NCBI GenBank assembly: GCA_030704615.1
Contig: CM060731.1
Span: 53,196,001-53,260,000, forward strand
DNA length: 64,000 nt
Reading direction: 5' to 3'
Source: Takakia lepidozioides
Lineage: Eukaryota > Plantae > Bryophyta
Below, one piece after another: positions 46,368-59,107 of the stretch (position 1 is its first letter; each line of letters begins with the position of its first letter). The notes beneath the pieces are model-generated. The model was not told the DNA's origin, ran no database searches, and worked only from the letters and a program-made list of their open reading frames with translations. The position numbers and the translations under genes were made by a program.

Positions 46368-46660
46368 TTGCAGGTTTGATTGGCTTCCATTTGATTCACA
46401 GGCTTCATTTCCAGTTTGAATAGGGCTTGATCGAGTTCAGAGGGCTCTCGTGGGCTTGTGACCAGCTTGCGTTTCCGGTATGAACAGGGCATTATCAACT
46501 TCAATCTCAGATTCTCACAAGGATTGTGATCAGCTTGCATTCCTGTTTTAGCAGGTCTTAATCACCTTCCATGTCAGGAATTGCAGGGCTTGATCCGCTT
46601 GCATTTCGAGTTGTAACAGGAATTTTAGAAATTTTCAGTTCTTGATCGACTTGCATTCAA
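46368..46660. repeat. Degenerate ~33-bp minisatellite
   Basis: Core GGGCTTGATCNGCTTGCATT variants near 46421, 46452, 46486, 46520, 46553, 46586 and 46638. Confidence 0.6.
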
Positions 46661-47187
46661 CTTTTAACAGACAGTAACTGAAACTTGGACCTCTATTCCC
46701 TTTCCCGTGACTTCTTGACAGCGATTGTCTTCGATTTTCTCTAGGCGGACTGGAAGTGTTCTTGGCCAGCGAGGATCCTGTTTCCAAACTAATGTACGTA
46801 CGTCATCTGAGCCACTACAATGGCATATGATAGCAACTACTATAGGGGGAAAAAATTGTATAAGTCGAAATCGCCAGGCGGAAAAGAAGGAACCACTTGG
46901 CCATGCTTCGTGATTGGAAAGAACGAGCTCCGTATTATCAGATTGTTTGAGAGCTTGTGGGCAACTGAATTTGCCGCTAGAGTGGAAATAGTCATGTGCA
47001 AGTGTGCAAGCGGTGGAGTTGTGGTCTTTTAAAACGGAAATATTGGAAGAGAAACGGTTGATGAGTGTTGCGACTTTTGTGTGCAGGAACTTGTACAGAA
47101 GCAAGCTGCAATTGGCCTTGTGTGCCGTAAGCGATTCGCACCTGGCCTCAACTCGACGCCGCTTCTAGGTTCAACGAAATCTTGCCA

Positions 47188-48630
47188 ATGGCAGATGCTA
47201 ACGGCAGTCTAGATATATTCATCCTGTCGGGACAGAGCAACATGTCGGGGAGAGGTGGCAATCAGGTCAAAATAGCAGCAGACGGAAGCACGTACAAGGT
47301 GTGGGACGGAGTTGTACCTGCTGAGTGTGATGCAGACAAGGGCTCCATTCTTAGATTAGCAGCAAGTCTGGAGTGGGAGGAAGCTCATGAGCCCCTACAT
47401 ATTGACATTGATAAAGGTGTTACTTCTTCTTCTTCTTTTTCCCTTCATGAACCCCTACCCTTTGACATTCATCTGTACATTATGATTTATATCTTTGAAG
47501 GAACTGCAGCACCATACATGGCAACTATACATGAAGTTAATCCATCCTGGTTGACACTTGTATTGGATCAAATTCTTCCACTAACAAATGCAATGTTGTC
47601 ACATCTTATCAAGCAACACTGATGAATTTGGTTTTTCAAGCTTAGTGCAACTGACTAGTAGAGTCTCTGACTCTTGGACTTGTGCCTAAGATTGAAGGTT
47701 AGACTTGAATCACTGCATCCCAATGTGTCAGTATCTTGAACCATAGGGATTGGGCTGTGAAGCGGGGACCCTTTCACTGAATTCAGCTATGTTGCAAGTC
47801 TGGCAGGTACTTGTGGTGTGGGGCCAGGCCTGGTATTTGCAGCATCAGTGATTCGGTCTCGCAAGGCCAAGGGTAAGAAGCTAACAATTCCAGCTATTGG
47901 TCTGGTGCCATGTGCTGATGGTGGGACGAGCATGGCAGATTGGAAGAAAGGAGGGTTTCTTTACAACAGAATGATAGAGAGAACTAAGGCAGCCACTGAC
48001 AACGGCGGCACCCTACGAGCCTTGTTGTGGTACCAAGGGGAGAGTGATACCACAAGTGCAGAAGCAGGGGAAAAATTTCAGCAAAGACTTGAGACATTTT
48101 TGGATGACGTGCGTTTGGATTTGATGTCTCAGGACCTGCCCATCATCCAGGTGACTGATCTACATTCAAAGTCATTGAGCCAACTGTATGTTTGGTTTCA
48201 ATTTTGCAACCTGTACAAGATTAGTAGGAATTGGGCCATCACTACAAGCTGTTGGTACCTTCTCTCAGCTGCCTGGTAGCCCACATCATTACCTATTATC
48301 TCAGTTGTTGAGCAATACACAAGATTATTTTCTTCAAGCACATTCAAGTTGAGGCACATTTATATCATGCATTGGGCCTCATTTTGCCAAGTGACTGACT
48401 TTGTCTCTGTCATGCAGGTTGGCATCACATGGGAGAAGCATGAGCACCCAGAGATATTAGAGCAGGTCCGGCAAGCACAGCGGGCTGTAGCTGATAAGGT
48501 TGATCACGTATATCTTGTAGATGCATATGGCCTCCCTTTACAGTACGACAACGTTCACCTCTCAACAGAGGGACAAACTAAGCTGGGGCAAATGTTGGCA
48601 GAGAAGTATGACATGATAACTGGAAAATGA
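47188..48630 (+). CDS. SGNH-type carbohydrate esterase (CE6/SASA family, At4g34215-like), 3 exons
   Basis: Exons 47188-47416, 47807-48150 and 48418-48630. Motifs IFILSGQSNMSGRG, AHEPLH.DID..TCGVGPG, GLVPCA.GGT, LWYQGESD and DNVH. Confidence 0.93.
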
Positions 48631-48955
48631 CAAAATGACATAATCCAAGTCAAGATCAGCTTGAAGTTCATCACATTGTAAGTTTGAGATGATACTGCCA
48701 CAAGTGCTCTTGAGCTTAAGCTTAGTTGGTGACATTGCCAACTAAAAGTGGTGGTGCACTCTCCTCGTCTCCCATGTGCCCGCCAGCCAGCCTACTTGCT
48801 TGTCAGAGGCGCCTTGCAGCAGCATGCACACCTTATTAGCAGTTAATTCAATTCCCTCCATTCTCCGAAGGTTTTTGTGGTCGATTTGTAAACGTAGAGG
48901 TTTGAAGTTTGAAGCTTCCGTAGAGGAGAGAAATTTGAAAAAATACAAATAGGGG

Positions 48956-48961
48956 AAAAAA
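48956..48961 (-). terminator. Oligo-T Pol III terminator of U3
   Basis: T6 run on the minus strand about 10 nt past the predicted 3' end. Confidence 0.6.
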
Positions 48962-48971
48962 GAGGATAATC

Positions 48972-49188
48972 ACCCGTCAGAACGCTCGCCGCCCATCGCC
49001 ACCCGCGGAATGAGCGGGTGGGACGTTCATCGGGTAGAGGGCACTGACCAAGGCCAGTGCATCCCTGCGGCAGTCGCGCTCAGGGCTGCGAGCCACGGCT
49101 CATCGTCCGGGCTGTGAGTCTTGTCTGCGACGGAACTCTCAGATCAAATGTACGCACTATAGAACAGATCCTGTTCAAGTATAGTCGT
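48972..49188 (-). ncRNA. U3: U3 snoRNA (~217 nt)
   Basis: Minus strand begins ACGACTATACTTGAACAGGATCTGTTCTATAG (boxes A' and A), then box C' (GATGA), box B (GAGCGCGA), box C (GATGA) and box D (CTGA). Terminal stem GCCCG/CGGGT and GC-rich internal hairpins. Confidence 0.93.
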
Positions 49189-49210
49189 AATGTATATCTC
49201 TCGGTTTGTG

Positions 49211-49252
49211 TATTTGTACTTGCCATCATTTTCTGCGCAAACGATAAGGGAC
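49211..49252 (-). promoter_or_regulatory. snRNA-type promoter of U3: USE plus TATA-like box
   Basis: USE-like GTCCCTTATCG (49252-49242; plant consensus RTCCCACATCG) and TACAAATA (49218-49211), 23 nt apart, with the TATA-like box at about -30. Confidence 0.75.
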
Positions 49253-50262
49253 TAAACTTTTGATGGTGTATTTCACAATGCTTGAATAGGCCCCAGTTTC
49301 GCATATATTCAAGCTATACTTTCCCTTTTCTTTTTTACCATTCTTGGAAAGGGGACGGAGGGGGGATAGTGTTGTGCCAAGACTAAAAAAACTTAAACGT
49401 TGATTGTTTGAAAAGGGAAGGAATGATGGTATCAGGCATTTGAAAGATTTTGTTGGTCTGAGAATTTGTGATTGACATCACAATGTAAACTCTTTGTGCC
49501 ACAGTAGCATTACCTATTAACCCCTCCTTCAATGCAATTTAAGGGCGCCTGTTTCCTTCAAAGAGAAAAAAAACGTTCGATGGGGGTTGTTGCCCTGGGA
49601 ATATGCCATACAGAGATGAAGATTGCATTAGGACAATGTGTATTCTGACAAGGTACTGTTCTGATCAAGTGGACTGTCTTTGATCAGATGTATGTGTTTC
49701 TTATTAGGCCGGAGACGAAACCCTCGCCAAGTTTCTTGAGAGGCTCTCCCCTGTTCAAGGGCAGACTTGGTGAGTGATTAACATCACCAGGCATACCTTC
49801 AACAATGATTCAAGCAGTGGAGCCTATGTAAGGGATCTCGAACTCGGATCACATCAAAAGAGTCGTCCCATCATACAGGACTACCCCTTTCAAGAGAGAG
49901 ACACATTATTGGACCGTCATTGTCATTAACCCATAGCCGAGCAATTCCAGTAACATTATGTAGATGAATACTAAGCACATGTCCACTCCGTATAATCCAA
50001 TATTAGAAAATGCAGTATGAGATGCACTTAAAACTTTCACCTGTGACAACAGAAGAGAGGAGGAGATAGGGAACCGCACCAGTACATAGGAAATGGACAG
50101 AAGGACAGAGTCAATAAATAATACCACGGACAAGACTAAGCCTAATCGAATGCCTCCACCTCACCAGCTACCAGAAAGAATCCGTATGGAGAGTATTAGA
50201 AAACTTCACATAGCAGGACCCCTGTGCACTGCCTAGCAGCAGGTGTGTAGAGGTCAGGTCGA

Positions 50263-53200
50263 CTAATCCTTCTTCAATGGATGTGGTGGCAGCAACTGCA
50301 CAAAATAAAAAAGATGTCAATCACATGCTTTCTTGCAAGTACTGCTCTGATTGCAATCAAATCAAGACTTGAAGTGGCAATTTGAATTAGTTATTTTGTA
50401 AATTTCTGCTCCAAGACAGAGATTAGGCAAGCCAGTGTTGTCTTCCATAGCAACTTTCTATTGGGCTGGTTTTAAGCATGCCAACCTTTCTATCGCACAC
50501 CACCATCAAACAGGTCGACTGGAGAAACACCATGGAGTCATTATAGGCTCTTCAATCTGTCATTCTTTTGGAATTTGTCTCATCATTTCAAGCAGATGTA
50601 AAACGAGCAACACTAAAATGGTAGAACAATCAGGAAGATAGTCACACACTTTGGAAGTTACATTTCTATGTACCTGATAGCATGAAATAGCAGATGTAAC
50701 AAAGCCCAGTGCCCCTGTGACACGTGGCGTGATAGTTTTGGGCGCCAACTGGAGCAACCCAGCTCCAACTAGAATGTCCAGAGATGCCTTCACAAGATTT
50801 AATGTCTTCTCCCTCGATATCTTCAGGTTTGCCTTCCGCTGCTCCCTCTGAAATGAGAAGCAACCCACACAGAAAACTGGTACAGAACTGACTAATTCAT
50901 AATTCAGTCTCACATTAAGACAAACTTGGTAAAAATTGCAGTTCAAAAGGACTCCGATATACACAAAAAAATCCAACTGTACTATCATCTCTAGTTATTG
51001 TCCCTCTAAGCTTGCACAAGTCCCATACTAGGAACTTCAAGAATATACGTACTCAAGAGCAACACATTGATCTCAAGCTTGAGTCAAAGGTCAATAAATT
51101 ACACCCTACTTCAGATAACCTGATTCTGTCAATAAAGATACTTGTTCATCTCACAAGGGACTCCGATGCAAACAAAGCTCTCCCACCTGCTCATTGCTAT
51201 TTTCTCGTTGACTTTAACCAGTAGTGCAGCCATTTGGTCTCACAGTGGAACTAACAACAGTGCACTATGCCAAAAACATGTGTATTGAGGACCAGCTGAC
51301 CCCATACCAGCTTCATTTCTTCAATGGAGCCAGTGCCCTTAACTCGCTTCAGTTCCTTCTCCACCTTCTTGCTTGCAGCCACAAGACGCGTCACCTCTGA
51401 TACCTGCAGCCTCATGCCTAGTTGATGAATTATATGATGGAGTTGATGTGCTTGAAATGAGGGACTCTGTCACACCCAAGGGTCCTAAACAGTCTTGAAA
51501 AAATGTTGTTTAGAGAGCTGGCCATGCTAAAAATTGAGGTCTAGTGTCCAGGCCACCATGTACTTGATATGGGACGCTTGGCAGCAAATCATTTTCAGTG
51601 ATTACCATCTTTGTTGTGTCAGCCATCACACATTACATCAACTGTCGCAGTAAGAGGTTTCAACATTCCGAAACCTACGTACGACTGAGATTTTCCTCAC
51701 CTTAGGAGCCCTGAACCCACATAGTCACCAACTTCCCCACCTCATGATACCCAAGAGCAATAAACTATAAAATGATCATGGATTGCAATAAACAAGAAGG
51801 AACTTGACAGACCTCAGCCACAGAGGTACAGGAGCTGCCAGCCATCCAACAGAACAAAGAGATCCTGGATAAGAGGTCCACAAGCTCCTTGTCCTGAAAT
51901 ATCCGCATCCACACAATAAACACCATGCTAGCTCCTAGCTCATGTCTGCTGTCGAAAGCTTTCAACATAATGTGTGCGCATGAGTGAGAGAAGAACGAAA
52001 AAACAACCAATTATTTAGTTTTATGTAATTTTACGAATTATGCATCAGTCCCTAAGCTCTTTGGGAATTTCGTGGACATTATGCACAAAGACCGCCCATT
52101 AAGAAAGCTGCTGAGCATAACAATCTGAAAGTGTCTGCAGTCGCTGAAGAGACAATGTTACCTCCCTCCTACTACACCCAGCAGGAGAAAAAGAGAAGGT
52201 GTTCTGGGCCATTCTCATTCCATCTGTTACATTTCATCCACTTGTCTGGCTGTTAAGCCGACCTTAAAGAGAGAAAGAATATAGGGAGCAAGAGAGCCAG
52301 ACACTCTGGGGTACACATTCATCTTGCTGCATACCTTTATGATGCCAACTCTTCCTGCCCACACAAATTGATCAAGGAACAAAAATGTGCCAACCAGCGC
52401 ATTTTTGGCCTGCCAACCCCCAACAAACAAAAATACTTGTTGTGATTTGCCTTGTATAATATCCAAAAGAAACTATCCTCTTTACAAAAAAGATGCGACA
52501 CCGAAACAACTGCCTCATTTGGTTTTGATGGACATGGTGCACACTAAATGGGCTTCCAGAGCCATGTAGGACATGCAGGGACTAGAATGTTGTTGAACCC
52601 TTACGCCTACTGAAACCCATGACCCCAACCCGGTCAGCACAGCACAGAGATAGTGCTTCTTCTCTTCTCTTTTCCAGAAGTCCAGAACTTCCTTCGATTC
52701 AGCATCCTCCTATGATGAGCTACCATCTCTCCCCATGTACCTCTCTAGCTCTGCACACCTCGAACTTTGGTCCCCTGCTACCTTTTCAGTAAGTGAGCAT
52801 CAGAATTACCTTGCCAAGAAGGACAACTGGTAAGGGAGTGGCCTTAGGTGCTGGTGCAAGCAAGCCTTGAAGCTCATTCACTGTCTGTTATAGCCAACAA
52901 TACCACAATCAAATTTATTTTTGCAAACCCCTCACAAATTTCCAGAAATGCAGTACTCCGATGCATCGATGGATCTATGACTCTTGCTTAACTGTCCAAA
53001 TACACGTGACCTATCCATCTAGCTCGTATTAACTTAAGCTCGACACCTGTGAAGATCATGCAATTGGGGGTGGGGCCAAAGGAAGTCCTACAACAAATCC
53101 TCCTCAAAATTGCATCATTACATTGCCAAAAATACGGTTAGTGTTACGATTGACAGAGAGTTTCTTTCGAATCATTCCATCGTCTACGTCGTCAAATACA

Positions 53201-53504
53201 GTCATGTCCATCATTTGAAGACATGTTCTCTCACCCGATTCTAGTATGGTTCAAATTAAATAAAGCGAGGTCTTTCTTCCTCAAAATAGAACTGAAGGCC
53301 AGCTTCAACCTTCAGGAGACGGAAAACTTTACGAGCCAAGCTGGTGTTCTTATCCACTTGTTGCGCTACGCCAGGCATACCGTTACTCAAGAACTTGGAG
53401 CCATACTGGATGGCCCGGCATATCTTGTCCCTCGTCTCTGCCTTGTTCAGAAACAGCGCCAGGAAGGCAATTTCTGCCCTGGTCACGTCCAACGTCGTCG
53501 TCAT
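50263..53504 (-). CDS. PEX11: Peroxisomal membrane protein PEX11 (PEX11c/d/e clade), multi-exon
   Basis: LNKAETRDKICRAIQYGSKFLS, TSLARKVFRLLK, LPVVLLGK|AKNAL..TFLFLDQFVW.GR.GI, RISLFCWMAGS, LLQLAPKTITPRVTGALGFVTS.ISCYQ and last exon LLPPHPLKKD* (50295-50263). Confidence 0.95.
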
Positions 53505-54034
53505 ATCGCCTCCCTTCTTCTCCAACTCCCCAAAAGCAGCAAACACACCCTCCGCCCTCACCTTCCTCAAATCTGTACCTTCTTTTCGTCAGAATTCCAC
53601 ACAACATGCATTCCCTCCCTTCTCCTCCCTCCTACCGCAATTCACTAACACCGCATCACGCATACAGTTCTGTCCATCACAGCGCACCGCGCTACTTCCT
53701 CGCGATCCAACGGCCCCTACCTACAGATCCCCCAACGGACGGTCCCAATCTGGAGGGAGCGGTCAATCACGAAACATGGAGAACCTGCGGAAAATGCGAA
53801 AGGGATAATGATCGCCAAAGATGTCGGATGCTCTGCAACTTTCTGCAGATTCTTCACAATATCAAAACCAGAAAGCAACAATCGAGGCCGACGATGCTGC
53901 CCCCATTCAATCTTCGCATGCAAATCTGCAATCTACAAATCTGTTGCGAGAGCGCGAGGGTTTGTAGACGCGATGCAGTCTACCCTCACCTCCTTTTGGA
54001 CGACCAGCAGTCCATGGAAGAATCCTTTGGATAG

Positions 54035-54211
54035 AGTCTTACCCAGGTTAGAGGTTAACCACAGTTCCGTGTACGGATGACACATGGATGCCGTCCCGAT
54101 ATGATGTATGATATTCATCCCAGAAAGTCTTACCCAGGTTAGAGATTAACCACAGTTCCGTTTGCGGATGACATATGGATGCCATCCCGATATGATGTAT
54201 GATAATCATCC
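54035..54211. repeat. Direct tandem duplication, 91-bp period x2
   Basis: AGTCTTACCCAGGTTAGAG.TTAACCACAGTTCCGT...GATATGATGTATGATA.TCATCC starts at 54035 and at 54126. Confidence 0.92.
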
Positions 54212-54587
54212 AATCAGGGTCCTCGTCGTCCCTCTGGAGGAAAAGGGTCGCAGTTCCCTCGGAAGCTTGAGCTAAAAGTAGACAGGGATCTATTGAGGGA
54301 GGAGAAGGGCTGATGTTGCTGTGAGATTCTGTGTCTCGTGTGAGTTTCTGGAGATATTACTTGCTGTAATCTTGTTGTTTTTCAAGGTGTTGAAATTTTG
54401 GTGGGTATCTTTTTGTGGCCTCGCTGTCTGCGTTCGGAGGTGTGGAGGGATGTGCGTTCTTAGTTGGTCCCATCCATGCGCAAGCTCTGAGAGGCATGGT
54501 AACAGTGGCACATAGAGGAGAAGGAGGAGGTTGTCAATCACTGAGCTTGTGGTAAGAGAAAAGGAGCTGGAGGGAGGGCTGAGAGAG

Positions 54588-57500
54588 ATGGCTCGCATGA
54601 AGCCAGCCGCCTTGTTGCTGCAAAGCAAGAGGAAGAAGGGTCCAGCGCGGTTGAGTGTAGCCACCATAGTCGCGTGCAATGTTGTTGTCATTTTGTTGAC
54701 TATGACAGGGGTCTTCATCCACAAGCAGAGAGTACGGGGGTAAGGCATTCCTTCTGCAGCTCCAAGGATCTACAGATTAAAACACGATTTGAATCGTTTC
54801 TGTTTATAAAATCTGTCATTTTCTGATAGGCACTTCCACCACATATGCCAAGAGATGTAACCAGGCCATGTTTTTGTGGGTCATCAGTAACCGAGCAGAG
54901 GGCTAGAGTTTCGAAGTGACTACCCTGCATCAACAAATCGCTCGGAAGCTGCCTAATTGTACTCCTCACAACGGGTAGCTGAGGCTCTAATTGAGTTAGT
55001 GTTGGTCATACATGAGTTCCTGCACCCTGCAGATTTGAGAGCCAGCTAGGGCCAAAGATTGGCGCAACTTCTCCTTGCAGAGTACGGAAAATAAAAATTG
55101 GAGGTTTTCTCTGAGATGCACGTAGTTACTTTTCTACTCGGATTAAAAAAATGCAGATGACAGATCGCTCCAAGTGTGAATTAGAACATTTGATGGGTAT
55201 GAATGATCAGGAGTGTGTGTCTGGCAAAACGATAACCCTGTCTCGCTTGTGTGTCTTTTGGGTGAGCTTCAGCGCCATGAATGAGTTCAGCAGCATAGGA
55301 GCTGAGATGGGAGCTGAGATGGATCAGGTGACGTTATTCTCTAGTATCCCGTTTCTCTCTTTCTGCCTATATGTGTTGTTATTTGTCGTTGCTGTTCCCC
55401 TCTTCTGGTTCTCTTGCATAGCCTCCCTCCAATATAGTTTTAGGAGTGCACAGGTTCTGTAGTCACAAATTGAATCTTCACTGATCAGGTTCTAGGACAG
55501 GACTCCCTTGATTATTTGCTGAAATGCTCATGTCATAATCTGCATTGTCTACTTAATGTAGGTTAGTACTTTTCTTTCTCTCTTTCCCTCTCTCTCTATG
55601 AATCAATGCTGTGCTACACAGGCTAGAATCAGCTTCATTTACAGTGGTAAGTATATAAACTGAAAGGAGCCCATAGTGACGGTTTTGACCCCCACTCTTA
55701 TTCCCTGCACACCCCACAACCCCCAGAAACCAACCCTATCCACTCTATGGGGTCCATGTCCTACAGGAACCACCATCCAATCAGTAATGACCTTCGTCCT
55801 TGGGTGACAAAGGGAGGATTCTAGAGTGGGAGACAGATGACTGTTGAGATGCCTCATGGTGTTGGTTAGCTTTGTCACTTGAATATGAAGCTTGATAGGC
55901 TGCAAGGGCATGGTAGTGCTGACCATAGAATGAATATATGTGCTGTTTGCAGGTAGGGGTGGCAAAGGAGGAGCTTACATCCCGTCTAAATGTGGATCAA
56001 TTACCGCGATTTGCAGTGAGCTATTATCTTCTGAACTTTCCTTTTGATAGATGCCCAGCAGTGCTGCGTGTAGTAGTTCTGGGACCAGTGCTTTGAGTTG
56101 GGATGTTTTTCTTTAAAGCTACCTCAACCCCGCTATGTCATAAATACTGGGATGTGGAGGTAACACTTGACTTCCAGAGCCGAATTGTGTCAAGGGAAAG
56201 GAAGATAGCAATAGAGAATGTACTCATAAGACGTTGTTTGCCGTAGCCTTGTGGCCATTGATAGCAATAGAGAGAACGTGACAGACTTGTTAGGAATTTT
56301 TGTCTTAATCTTTTCTACCTCGCATCTGCTTGATTGTATGCCACCCGAAACTATATCAATAGTTGTTCACTTGTGTTAACCGCACCAAACTGAGAAGTTG
56401 GCTGTAAGTGCAGGAAGTGTGCCTCATTGTTAATTCATGCAAAGGTGGTCTTGGGGATGAGTGTTCTCATCTAGTGAGTGTGCGGTGTGCCAGATTTTCA
56501 ATACAACAAAGGGCGTTATTTCGGTGGAGCTCTTTCCAAAAGCTGCACCCAAAACAGTCGAAAACTTTGTGACTCACAGGTATGCCAGGGGCTGTCCATT
56601 ACCCTGCATTTGTAGTACGTCATAATGACCAGAAGGCCATATGGTAGCAATTGGTCAATGAGTAGACTTTTATGTCTCTTTATTCTGCTCTTATAGTTGC
56701 AAAGGATATGGTAAGCACGAGTCTAATCAGCTGCTATTTGTCGAAAGTTGTGAATACCCCAAGTCAAATGCAAGTAGCAAAATACCTGCAGTGCTGGCCT
56801 TAAAATGTTACTGAGAACTCAACATAGCCACCTAAACTGAGGCTGCCTCAAGTGATAATCCAGTGTGATCTGGAGACCACCTTCTCCAAGATGTTTATTG
56901 CAACTTCATAATTTTCTCCCTCTCTGTTTGTATGATCTGTCTTTTACCTCGTCTAGAAGGGGGAGCCCCACTGTTATTGTGTGCTTTTATCACTAGTTTC
57001 TGTCCATGTTCCTCCACAGTTGTACATCCTCTGCTTGTCAATTTGAAGATGTAATGTGCAACAGTCCATGATTGCCACCTTCCTGGATGTTCAACTCGGT
57101 TAAACCCCCTTCAACTTTGTGCCAGACGACACTTGGATGAGTAAGCCTATCCGCGATTAGTAAACCCAGAATCGTCCTCCATCGCACAGTATACTTACAC
57201 ATAGGTTTGGACTTACCCAATCAGGTGTGATATGTTGATTTCCTTTGCAGTAAAAAAGGCTACTACAATGATGTGTCCTTCCATCGTGTCATCAAGGGCT
57301 TCATGATCCAGGCTGGAGACCCCAGGGGAGATGGGACAGGTGGTGAGTCAATATGGGGTGGCTATTTCAAGGACGAATTTGAATCAGGGTTGGACCACTG
57401 ACCGTCTTGCTGCTGCTGCTTCTTTGCTGTCATTGTATGCTTGTCCCAAGATTCACTAGATCAGTGGGCAATGGTAGGACGAATTCATGTTACAGCCACA

Positions 57501-58166
57501 AAGCTGTTAAAAAATTCTACACAATGATGTAGGATGGAACAGAAAACCCAAGTCGTCTGGCAAGGAAGGACTATTTTGTGTATATCTTACCCTCAACAAA
57601 TATTGCTGACCTTGCGGGAGTTTTTCAGGTTGGAACATGAAGCTTTTACGGTATCAATGGCAAACACAGGGAAGCCCAATACAAATGGATCTCAGTTCTT
57701 TATCACTACTGTGGGGACCCCACACTTGAATAATCATCACACAGTCTTTGGACGTGTGGTCAGTGGTCAAGATGTTGTACAGGTAACAGCCTCTTGTAAC
57801 ACCATTCACACCGACCACTTGCAATTAGAGGGTATATATGCATGATGTGATGTGTCATAGGTTAGGCAAATCCGGAGGTTCTCTGCACAACAGTCAAGCC
57901 TGAAAGTTTTTGAAATCATAAATTCCTAATTGGGCAGATCACTCTGCTTTAGATGTTGGCGGGGTCATGCCTCTTGTAAATGCAGTCTTCCATGCGTGCC
58001 ATCCCCAGGTTCTGATGTATTCTGAAGTGCTCTGTCTGAGCTGAAGACTTGATTGCTGTGCTACGCTTGTTTGCAGGAAATTGAGAATGTGGATACTACC
58101 AAGGAAGACCGACCTATTATTCCTGTGTTGATTAGAAACATTTCAGTCACGGATGAGCTGCTATAG
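54588..58166 (+). CDS. Cyclophilin-type PPIase with basic N-terminus and signal anchor (CYP21-3/CYP21-4-like), 7 exons
   Basis: [23 protein letters not shown] plus a hydrophobic helix. Exons 54588-54739, 55622-55646, 55953-56015, 56494-56579, 57251-57388, 57629-57782 and 58077-58166. Motifs [30 protein letters not shown] and [12 protein letters not shown]. Confidence 0.92.
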
Positions 58167-59107
58167 GCAAAGTGGCCCTTTTGTCAGTCCCTTTAGTCAT
58201 AATGAAAATTTTAAGAATTGTGCAGTCTCTTCATGTTTAGCCATTGGCAATGCAGTCCCAGATAAAATGAATTTCTACATGTTGAACCAGGTTTTAGTGT
58301 CACTGTCACTTCGTTGGACCATATGGCCGTCTCTCATGGTCAGTAAGAACTAAGAACGATGGATGCTTTAGTATCGGGAGGCCTCCACTTTTGGTCAGGA
58401 GCCTTGTAGTGATGTCTCCATGTCTCCTACCCATTCTACAATTAAAGGATACTTCTTCTTTGGGCTGATTGACCTTGCACTGCGGTGACTGTTTACTCCA
58501 ATTGCTAGTATTCATTTGCATCTGGATGAGCTGGCCTAGGCATGGCTTAGCTAAGGAAATATGGTGTGGCTGATTGTCAGAGGTGAACAAGTTTTGTGGT
58601 TACAATACCACAGATAAACCACAATAGAATCCCCTCCTCTTGCCTCTTGTAGCCTCCTGTCCTAAAGCAAGCAAGCTATCTTGTGACAACTCAATTGCAA
58701 GGATTACATTTGCGGAGTTGCATGATTGGTGACCCCGCTGAGAATATGAAACTGTCCAATGACTGAGCTGCATGCTGTGAAGGCCCCCCTTTATTTTAAA
58801 CAAGCAGCAGCAGGAGCTAATCGTGACTTGTAGCTCACCCTACCATGGGATTATAAGTGACTAGGTAATGTAACCTCTGGAAAGCCTGGAACCAGCTTCC
58901 AAGATATTAATTGCACTTGTGCGCTTTCTCTCCCATAGGGTACAGAGATTCATCAGACAGCTCAGATTGCTCAATTTGTGACCCCATGCTACCTTTAGAT
59001 TATCTAGAGATGGTGTCAGAAGATTGCAGGACGGTATCAGCTGGAATTCTTGTGATGACTTGGTTGTTCTGAAGAAAAATCCAGGCCTTGGTTACAATGT
59101 CCAAATC

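Noticed and set aside
50263-50280. C-terminal dilysine signal on PEX11
   Set aside because: LKKD* places lysines at -2 and -3, not the canonical -3/-4 or -3/-5.
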